32,000 nt of DNA, taken from positions 30,001 to 62,000 of the forward strand of contig NC_015067.1 in NCBI RefSeq assembly GCF_000196555.1, written 5' to 3'. Every line of letters begins with the position of its first letter. Positions within the stretch are counted from its first letter, which is position 1. This DNA comes from Bifidobacterium longum subsp. longum JCM 1217 (GTDB taxonomy: Bacteria; Actinomycetota; Actinomycetes; Actinomycetales; Bifidobacteriaceae). Both the position numbers and the translations under genes were made by a program. Shown piece by piece: positions 8,336 through 15,133 of this stretch. The notes beneath the pieces are model-generated. The model saw only the letters and a list, made by a program, of their open reading frames with translations, ran no database searches and had not been told where the DNA came from.

Positions 8336-9991
8336 ATGCTCATGTTGCCGGCCAAAGAAAGTTTGACGGTTGAGTTCAAGAGTGAGCAGAAGCGCCCTCA
8401 ATCGCATGATGAAATTGTTGACAACGTAGTGGCTCTAGCCAATACCGAAGGCGGCACACTGTATCTCGGTATTGAAGACGATGGCACTGTGACCGGCGTA
8501 TGTGACGAGCATCGCAATATCAATGGACTTGCGGTACTAATTTTCAATAAGACTGTTCCGCAGCTTCCCGCTCGCGTGGCGCTCTTGTATGAGAACGAGG
8601 TGCCGATAGTCAGTATTGAGGTGGATAACAGTCAGCAAATCGTATCTACCAGTCAGGGGAAGACATTGCAGCGCCGGCTGAAAGCAGACGGCTCGCCTGA
8701 GGTCGTTCCGCTGTTTGTTTCCCAATTCATTAGCCGTTTATCTCAGCAACGGTTCTACGATTTCAGTGCGCAACCTGCCCCAGAGGCTCGGTTGGACGAT
8801 TTGAATCCAGACTCACGGAACAAGTTGAGAAGCCATATTCGCAGTGCCAATGCGCAAAACTCGTTGTTGTCTTTTACTGATGAGGATTTCGATCGGGCAC
8901 TTGAGCTGGTTGTTGATGGCCCGTATGGATTGCAGCCATCTGTTGCTGGTCTGCTCACCATTGGTTCGGTTGATGCTATTCATCGATCGGTTCCAGCCGC
9001 ATCGGCTGTTTTTCAAGTGATGAAAGGCATGTCTCCAAAGGTCAATATGGATCCGTTCGTGTTGCCCTTGGTGGATATGTTTGATCGTGTAGGCGAGCTG
9101 ATGGAGCCGTGGAATCCCAGCCACGAAGTCATGAGCGGCTTGATTCGGGTCGATCTGCCAGACTTCGATCGAGGGGCATTCCGTGAGGCAATGATTAACG
9201 CTTTCTGCCATCGCGATTATGCACGAATGGGTTCGGTGAGGTTCCTGGTTGATGATGATGGGTTGACCATAGCCAACCCCGGAGGATTCATAGAGGGTGT
9301 TTCCGAAGATAACCTGCTTACTGCACAACCGCGTTCCCGCAATCCGCAGCTTGCCCTGATTCTGAAAGCTGCCGGATATGTTGAACGCACCGGACGAGGC
9401 GTGGATACCATCTATGCCGGGTCGATTGCGGCAGGCGGTTCTTTCCCGGATTATTCACAGTCCAGTGCTGAGGAAGTTATCTTGTTCTTGCGCCGCGTGG
9501 TACCTGACGAGGCATTCGTAACCATGATTGGCGACGAGGAACGTCGACGTGGGGCTCCATTGCCGGTCTGGTCACTGATTGTGCTCTCGCTGCTGCGTGA
9601 GCATCGTAGGCTTACCGTGGTCCAATTGTGCGATTTTTCTCATTTGGAGCATCGACGCATCGTGTCCGCTGTTGAGAATCTGGTGGAAGCTGGTTTGGTA
9701 GAGGGGGTCGGTAGCGGGAGCTCTCGTTCGTATATGCTGAGTGCCCGAGTGTACAAACGTTCAGAGGGGCTGGCGTCTTACGTGCGCCAGCGTGACATCG
9801 ATGCCACCCGGCGCAGTGGCCTTGTTCTGGAGTTCGCCGAAAAAAATGATGGTGTCGTCACTACGGCGGATGTCATGGATTTGTTTGGCCTGAGCTATAT
9901 CAGTGCATACCGGGTGTTGAAGAAGCTAGAGGATGCGGGCAAGTTGCGCCGCGAGGGGAATGGACCGTCATCCCGATACGTGTTGGAATGA
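8336..9991 (+). CDS. Schlafen/AlbA_2-domain protein with HATPase_c_4-like and C-terminal winged-helix regions (putative DNA-binding/ATP-binding protein)
   Basis: N-terminus ESLTVEFKSEQKRPQSHDEIVDNVVALANTEGGTLYLGIEDDGTVTGV matches the AlbA_2 (Schlafen-like) signature. The central region (NAFCHRDY...ANPGGF...RSRNP...ERTGRGVDTI) matches HATPase_c_4-like proteins annotated as RecG-like C-terminal transcriptional regulators. G+C is lower than in the flanks, by eye. Confidence 0.7.
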   Translation: MLMLPAKESLTVEFKSEQKRPQSHDEIVDNVVALANTEGGTLYLGIEDDGTVTGVCDEHRNINGLAVLIFNKTVPQLPARVALLYENEVPIVSIEVDNSQQIVSTSQGKTLQRRLKADGSPEVVPLFVSQFISRLSQQRFYDFSAQPAPEARLDDLNPDSRNKLRSHIRSANAQNSLLSFTDEDFDRALELVVDGPYGLQPSVAGLLTIGSVDAIHRSVPAASAVFQVMKGMSPKVNMDPFVLPLVDMFDRVGELMEPWNPSHEVMSGLIRVDLPDFDRGAFREAMINAFCHRDYARMGSVRFLVDDDGLTIANPGGFIEGVSEDNLLTAQPRSRNPQLALILKAAGYVERTGRGVDTIYAGSIAAGGSFPDYSQSSAEEVILFLRRVVPDEAFVTMIGDEERRRGAPLPVWSLIVLSLLREHRRLTVVQLCDFSHLEHRRIVSAVENLVEAGLVEGVGSGSSRSYMLSARVYKRSEGLASYVRQRDIDATRRSGLVLEFAEKNDGVVTTADVMDLFGLSYISAYRVLKKLEDAGKLRREGNGPSSRYVLE

Positions 9992-10013
9992 TTGGTACGC
10001 GTGAAAGTAAGTT

Positions 10014-10086
10014 CTTTCATCACCTTTCAATAATTCTTTCATGTAAGAACTCTCTGTTTACATGTAAGAATTATTGCAAGATGATG
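10014..10086. repeat. second, degenerate copy of the 8256-8328 palindromic element
   Basis: It aligns without gaps to 8256-8328 with about 6 mismatches in 73 bp. The right arm ACATGTAAGAATTATTGCAAGATG is identical, and the left arm carries 4 substitutions. Confidence 0.85.
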
Positions 10087-10095
10087 CAAGATGCA

Positions 10096-10138
10096 CACAA
10101 AACGGGGAAGCTCTGCTTGATGTGAGCGGGGCTTCCCC
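10096..10138 (-). terminator. rho-independent-like terminator downstream of the displaced ppc 3' fragment
   Basis: Stem GGGGAAGC (10104-10111) pairs with GCTTCCCC (10131-10138). On the minus strand the hairpin is followed by GTTTTGTGTG. Confidence 0.5.
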
Positions 10139-10157
10139 ATATGCGCTGGTGTGTAGA

Positions 10158-10386
10158 TCAGCCTGTGTTCTGCAGGCCGGCAGCGACGCCGGAGACGGTG
10201 CACAGGATGAGGTAGATGAATCCTGCCTGTTGGCTTTGCGAGAGCTCTTCCTTGTCCACCTTCTTGCGCAGCGACCTGAGGGCGAGCACCTGGGTGACGG
10301 ACAGCGCGTCCACGTACGGGGAGCGGATGCGGATGGCCTGGCCGAGCACGTGGCGGTGCTGCAGCGGCCACTTGTCGCCCACGATG
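10158..10386 (-). pseudogene. ppc: detached 3' fragment of ppc (last ~75 codons plus stop)
   Basis: ORF 10158..10382 translates to GDKWPLQHRHVLGQAIRIRSPYVDALSVTQVLALRSLRKKVDKEELSQSQQAGFIYLILCTVSGVAAGLQNTG. This equals the C-terminus of the full ppc at 19979.. with one K/R difference. I counted about 10 nucleotide mismatches, mostly synonymous. Homology ends near 10386. Confidence 0.9.
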
Positions 10387-10482
10387 CGCTCAAGTTAGTC
10401 CGGTCAATGGCTTTGGAAAATCATGGGGAGTGCGGCTGCGCGGGTTCGCTCCTCGACAAGGTGACTTGATTTGGGACCGCCG

Positions 10483-11760
10483 TTAACTTTCGTCAGACAC
10501 ATCGTAAATCCCGTCCAAGTATCCGTATCGTCCGTTGTGCTTGTCCTTCGAGAATTCGACGATATTGATGTTATCGTCAAGAGGAATGCCAGCCATGTGA
10601 TTCGTGTTTTCGATAATGATGATTTGTTGTGAAACCGCTTGTTTCGCTAGATAGGAAAACAGGCCCACTTTCATGGATGAGTCTTCCAGGGGTCGTATTC
10701 CTTCGTCAAACCCATGCAGAGGCGTATCAATAAGCAGCCAACCCGGAGTATGCTTTGACTGTTCATTGAGATAATCATGAAATGCGAGCATAACAACGCT
10801 GTTAAGAAATGCGCAGTATCCCTTGCCTTGTTCATCAGCCTTGGAATACCCTGCTATTTCGACATCAAAAGAAGATCTGCTGAAATCTGCAGTATCAGCA
10901 CCTTGAAAATGACATTGTTGCAGAATGCTGCGTATGGTGTTATTCATGGAATACCAGAAATCACTCTGGAAACATTCGCGTGGCTTGTATTTTTCATCAT
11001 TCTGTGTTGCTTGACCAGCGTCATCGAGTGCCTTGTTGAAACGAGCATGCAGCGCTATGAGTTCCGCATATTCCGCATGCAATTGTTCTGCATGGGCAAT
11101 TTGCTCAATATCTTGTTGCATGTGCTGCGCTGTTGGTTGAATGTCGGATTTGAGCGAATGCATATTTTGCCGATGCTGCTGTTTCTCCAGATGCAGCTCC
11201 TGTTGCACCTCATCGGCTTTGTCGACGAGGATGGCTAGATCGGTTTCAACGTCTGCTTGGATTCTGTGGATATGCTCAATTTCTGTTGAGACGATTAGAA
11301 TGTCCTGTTCAGTCGGCACAGACATGTGGATGGGGCTGTGGCAAAACTGACATGTGGCGGGATAGGCATGTGTGCGGGCATGTTTCATTGCCTGTAGTTG
11401 CAAATCAAGACGTGCAGCGTCTGATTCGTATTGACTGATAAGTACCTTACGTTGGCGAATAAGTACCTCAAGGTGCTCATATTGTTGATTAAGCTGAGAG
11501 ATATGTGAGATGGTATGGGCATCTCGATTGAGGAGAGTTTGTCTTTGCTGTTCTACGTGTAATGCTTTTTTGTGAAGGTCTTCCAAATAGGTGTGAATGG
11601 TCTTCCCCTCATTTGTTGCGATATGGCGCATCTCCTCAAGGTGTCTGATGCGAGGCTCTATATCATCCAACTGCTGATGGATGAACTGTTCCACGGCTTT
11701 TCTGCGGGCGTGACGTTCGCTGGCACTCTCTGTCTGTATGGAGTTGTCGATTTTTTTCAT
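10483..11760 (-). CDS. ABC ATPase, C-terminal portion (coiled-coil insert plus Walker B / D-loop / H-loop half) of an SMC/Rad50-like ABC-3C-type ATPase
   Basis: 425 aa. Residues ~20-260 are heptad-rich and helical with C137-Q-F-C140 at the midpoint. The C-terminal part has ...GKGYCAFLNSVVMLAFHDY...GWLLIDTPLHGFDEG...IIIIENTNH. It overlaps the upstream ORF by 98 nt in a different frame. Confidence 0.75.
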   Translation of the reverse strand: MKKIDNSIQTESASERHARRKAVEQFIHQQLDDIEPRIRHLEEMRHIATNEGKTIHTYLEDLHKKALHVEQQRQTLLNRDAHTISHISQLNQQYEHLEVLIRQRKVLISQYESDAARLDLQLQAMKHARTHAYPATCQFCHSPIHMSVPTEQDILIVSTEIEHIHRIQADVETDLAILVDKADEVQQELHLEKQQHRQNMHSLKSDIQPTAQHMQQDIEQIAHAEQLHAEYAELIALHARFNKALDDAGQATQNDEKYKPRECFQSDFWYSMNNTIRSILQQCHFQGADTADFSRSSFDVEIAGYSKADEQGKGYCAFLNSVVMLAFHDYLNEQSKHTPGWLLIDTPLHGFDEGIRPLEDSSMKVGLFSYLAKQAVSQQIIIIENTNHMAGIPLDDNINIVEFSKDKHNGRYGYLDGIYDVSDES

Positions 11761-12316
11761 CTTGAACTAGCACGAGCAACGAGGACAGACTTTGTGTGAG
11801 AGTTGCTAGAGAGGTACTTTTGGGGAAAAGAATGGAGGGGCGTGCACGTCCTATTTGGTCCTCGGGGACAATCATGAGATGTCTGATGGCATTCCATGTG
11901 AAAGCAACTGTATGGTAGGTTTCGTTTGTCGCTATTCTACGGGTTGATTCAACGCCTAGTAAGGCAAGAAGAACCGTATTGATTGATTTACCGGCACGTG
12001 ATGAAACGGAGTAGGAACCGGGGACGATCATTGGGTTGCTGGATTTTACATGGATAGTGTTCTGAACGTGAATCGAACGACTAAGCGAAACCTCACCGCC
12101 GTTGGTCACGAACGTGACCTGTGCAATTTCATAGGCAGTTTTATCGGTAAAGGGGAGCTCTTTCCCTCCGCAGGCAAATTCCACGGTTTTTGCGATTCTG
12201 GTTTTCCCGGTGTTCGAAGCGCCGATAATGCAGTTCAGCCCGCATGTGAGATTAATGGCGGATTCCACTCCGTCCTTTCTGATTGCCGAAATTCGACGTA
12301 TCCATGTGTTTCTCAT
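11663..12316 (-). CDS. ABC ATPase, N-terminal portion (Walker A half), out of frame with 10483..11760
   Basis: Walker A LNCIIGASNTGKTRI. The last ~35 residues (…DEKNRQLHTDRECQRTSRPQKSRGTVHPSAVG) look like out-of-frame read-through after the A7 tract at 11751-11757. The start overlaps the upstream stop by 4 nt (ATGA). Confidence 0.75.
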   Translation of the reverse strand: MRNTWIRRISAIRKDGVESAINLTCGLNCIIGASNTGKTRIAKTVEFACGGKELPFTDKTAYEIAQVTFVTNGGEVSLSRSIHVQNTIHVKSSNPMIVPGSYSVSSRAGKSINTVLLALLGVESTRRIATNETYHTVAFTWNAIRHLMIVPEDQIGRARPSILFPKSTSLATLTQSLSSLLVLVQDEKNRQLHTDRECQRTSRPQKSRGTVHPSAVG

Positions 12317-12732
12317 AACTGGTTGTTCTCTTTCGTTATTCGGTTCATGATGGTTTCATAATCGTTTTTTATCAAGAGCTGAACAGCCTGTCGATAGGAG
12401 GCAGCGTAATCGCCGTGCAATGCTTCCGAATATTGGAAACATTCCGGAGTGGCGCGGTACAACAGGCAAGTGGAATCCACGGTTGCTGCTCCAACGATTA
12501 CGAGTTGGGCTAATCCTGCTTGTATTCGTTTGCGACGAGCATCATATTCGGCTAAAGCATGTGGACCATCGCCGTGAAGATTGCGCTGTCCGAATCCGAA
12601 TGTTTTCATATAGGTGGCGATAAGGTCAATGGCTGTGATTTCGTCAATTGTGGAAGGTCTAGAAAGAAGGGGAAGGCATAATGTCAATCGTGTTGCTGTT
12701 TCCTGTGTTGTGTTAAATAATGAATTATTCAT
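12313..12732 (-). CDS. small alpha-helical protein, candidate ABC-3C 'middle component'
   Basis: 139 aa, sandwiched between the CTD-bearing gene and the ABC ATPase with 8-nt and 4-nt overlaps. Size and position fit the middle-component families. The assignment rests on architecture, not on a computed hit. Confidence 0.6.
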   Translation of the reverse strand: MNNSLFNTTQETATRLTLCLPLLSRPSTIDEITAIDLIATYMKTFGFGQRNLHGDGPHALAEYDARRKRIQAGLAQLVIVGAATVDSTCLLYRATPECFQYSEALHGDYAASYRQAVQLLIKNDYETIMNRITKENNQL

Positions 12733-13795
12733 TTTCGTGTACCCACTCCAGCATATGGTCGTTGACCAGCATATGACACAGCCCTTTCTTTTCCGCTGCC
12801 TTAATCATTGATGGGAATTGGGCTATAACTGAACCGGATAGGGGGAAACCGGCTGCCTGAGATAGCGTTGCTCGCATGCGTAACAGTCCATCGGCGTAAT
12901 CAGATGCGCAGGTATCGCATATTCCGTCATAAAGATCAACCTTCAGTGCATCAAATTCTTGCTCTCCGTTTTCTATAACATCCCGTAGATTCCTGCGCAT
13001 TCCTTCCGCATCGTAAAAATATTCACGTTGCTTGGCGTATTCAGGACGACATGTCTGAGGAAGATCGTCGGAACAGTTGATTGGCTTGTGCAAGTGATCG
13101 GCATAGGCGGCTTGCATCTGCGTGAGGTATGTCTTTTCAAGATGATCATCTGGTTTATCCGGTGGAATTGGATAAGCCTTCCAGGGGACCGAAGAGCGCC
13201 CAAGGTGCAATTTGCCGTTGTTGATGCGACCAGACGCCAGAGGTAAGTTTTCGAAAATATCGAATTTCGGCTGAAAGCTTATGCCGTCGATGAGAATGTC
13301 ACGTCCACCGGCATTCGCCTGGAGTATTGACAGAAGCCATTTTCCTGTGGCAGAAGGAAGCTCACTGATATCCGTAACTCTAATATTTGCCTTGATAAGC
13401 TCCTTTTGAAAATCGGCAAGGGCATCAATGCTGATATCGCAGCAAAGACGTTCTACTTTCGAGATATCTAGGCGCTGATAAAACTCGGCGGCTTTCCAGG
13501 CAGGAATCTTCTTGCGACCGTTATAAAAACGAGTCAGATCAGTATCGTTGATTCCAGACCAGACCCCGGTGGTAATAGTGGTCTTTCCGGGTTTGCGGTT
13601 TCGATGATGTTGGGGAAGTGGATTTCTTAGACCGTCATCCTCTAACACAGCATCGAAGAAATCCTTCATAAATCCCTTTTTGTGGTGGTCTACGCCAGAT
13701 ATATAAGGGTTTACGAGCTGACAGAAGACTCCCAGAGCATAGGTAGCAGTAGTTTCGGCCAAGTGAGTCTCCTTCTCGTCTCCATTTGTCTTCAT
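12725..13795 (-). CDS. ABC-3C-type effector-component candidate: unknown N-terminal domain plus ABC-3C C-terminal-domain-like tail
   Basis: ORF 12725..13951. I prefer the ATG at 13795 (MKTNGDEK...), which is preceded by GGAAGG. The C-terminal ~110 aa (YFYDAEGMRRNLRDVIENGEQEFDALKVDLYDGI...KKGLCHMLVNDHMLEWV) resemble the CTD that couples effectors to ABC-3C ATPases. The N-terminal ~250 aa have no motif I recognise. Confidence 0.6.
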   Translation of the reverse strand: MKTNGDEKETHLAETTATYALGVFCQLVNPYISGVDHHKKGFMKDFFDAVLEDDGLRNPLPQHHRNRKPGKTTITTGVWSGINDTDLTRFYNGRKKIPAWKAAEFYQRLDISKVERLCCDISIDALADFQKELIKANIRVTDISELPSATGKWLLSILQANAGGRDILIDGISFQPKFDIFENLPLASGRINNGKLHLGRSSVPWKAYPIPPDKPDDHLEKTYLTQMQAAYADHLHKPINCSDDLPQTCRPEYAKQREYFYDAEGMRRNLRDVIENGEQEFDALKVDLYDGICDTCASDYADGLLRMRATLSQAAGFPLSGSVIAQFPSMIKAAEKKGLCHMLVNDHMLEWVHENE

Positions 13796-14212
13796 CCGTC
13801 GCCTTCCCATGAGGTCACTGTTCCTACGATGGAAGCCAGATTCAGACGAATAAGCCGGTAAAACACTGGAATATCGCCAGTATACGCCGCTTACAGCTGG
13901 ATCAGAGAAGCGCAACTTTCGTCTATTGAAAGGATTTGAGACCAGACACATCGTAATTTCTTCTTCAACTCGATGTCATGCGATAACCGGTTATAGAAGT
14001 AGGGCATTGGGCTGTTCATCCGTTGTGCCGCAGTGAAGCTGACTGGGGCTTTTAACTAATCACATGCATGAGATCTGCCTGCTTATTCATGGTGACGCGT
14101 CGGTTTTCTCCTGAACTGACGCGTCATGCTTATCCAGCAGGTTGGATGCTCATGTGGTGGCCTATGCAAGCAGGTCTCGAAGACCCAATAACTGGGTGGG
14201 ATCGAGACTGGA

Positions 14213-14809
14213 ATGAGAATTTCATTGAAACATGAGGCAATGCGCGCCGGTAATGTGTCCGTAACTGATATATACAACTGTTCGGAAGTGGAATTACGGA
14301 CGATGGTTGAACGCGATAGATGTTTGCGCGCAATCCGTATGGGTTGTTCGCCACGTGATATTGCACTACGTACCCCTCAAACGATACTTCAGGAATTGTG
14401 GAATGCGGAGGAACGTTCCGCTCACGCTTATTATCGATCGGACCGTGTCAGCGGAGTTATTTGCTCCTATGAGGATTTGGTTGGTGCAGGGCGGGAACCC
14501 CAGGGGTGTTCTGCTTCTTCTGAGGATATTCTCTTATGCGCGGAGGATGCGAGAGAAAGAGCTAACTGTTTGCAAGCTATCTTTGCGGAGATCGAAAAAC
14601 TGCCAGCAGGTCAGCGCAATATCGTCAGGGGTGTACTGGTAAAGGGGGCATCTCAATCAGATATGGCACGAGAGCTGGGCGTGTCCCGAGCTGCGGTGTC
14701 CAAACAGCTTTCAACGGCTGTGCGCAAAATTCGTGCCGCTATTCGCGACGAAAGCAAAGAAACGAAGAACACGACAACATCAGCAGTTTGTGAAAGAAAG
14801 GAGCATTAA
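14213..14809 (+). CDS. sigma-70 region-4-type HTH protein (divergent ECF/TcdR-like sigma factor or late-gene activator)
   Basis: C-terminus IEKLPAGQRNIVRGVLVKGASQSDMARELGVSRAAVSKQLSTAVRKIRAAI is a clear sigma70_r4_2 pattern. The N-terminal part lacks an obvious region 2. The start codon is uncertain (alternatives at 14240 and others). Confidence 0.65.
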   Translation: MRISLKHEAMRAGNVSVTDIYNCSEVELRTMVERDRCLRAIRMGCSPRDIALRTPQTILQELWNAEERSAHAYYRSDRVSGVICSYEDLVGAGREPQGCSASSEDILLCAEDARERANCLQAIFAEIEKLPAGQRNIVRGVLVKGASQSDMARELGVSRAAVSKQLSTAVRKIRAAIRDESKETKNTTTSAVCERKEH

Positions 14810-15039
14810 TGGTTCATTTCAGTGTTATCAGAGTGAAAGGAAGCCCGTCATATGACTTCGATGCATGCGGAGACATTTTGGCTATGGCCAAAGCTGTAGG
14901 TGTCATGACGGAAAACATGCGCACTGATCGCTGCGACAATACACAGTGTGATGGAAGTCGTTGTAAGGGAAACACTATGTTTCGGTTGGAGTTAGACACC
15001 GAAAATCGCAGAGTTCATCGCAGACGCCATGCCAGATGA
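14809..15039 (+). CDS. small Cys-rich ORF translationally coupled to the sigma-like gene (hypothetical; possible anti-sigma/partner)
   Basis: TAATG stop/start overlap at 14807-14811. The 76-aa product contains CGD...CDNTQCDGSRC. No family was recognised. Confidence 0.35.
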   Translation: MVHFSVIRVKGSPSYDFDACGDILAMAKAVGVMTENMRTDRCDNTQCDGSRCKGNTMFRLELDTENRRVHRRRHAR

Positions 15040-15133
15040 AACGCCCGAGGTTAACACCTCGTGGCGAAACGGCAGTGCAGGTGAGGGCAGATATTGGGTC
15101 TGCCTTCAGCAACAGGTCCCGAAGGAGGACATC

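Noticed and set aside
8161-8373. 70-aa ORF spanning the 34-bp palindrome
   Set aside because: Its reading frame is dictated by the palindromic DNA (…HHLAIILTCKNSLLTCKNYCKMVKG…). It has no RBS and overlaps the start of the AlbA_2 gene.
10074-10469. 131-aa + strand ORF, plus 10039..10393 minus-strand alternative frames
   Set aside because: They lie over the detached ppc 3' fragment. The only frame with meaning is the Ppc C-terminus, so these are frame artefacts of a pseudogene.
14173-14184. Adjacent type IIS sites GGTCTC (BsaI) and GAAGAC (BbsI), which could hint at engineered DNA
   Set aside because: This is a single occurrence. Each hexamer is expected many times in 32 kb. There are no vector-like sequences, scars or other cloning signatures, so I treat it as coincidence.
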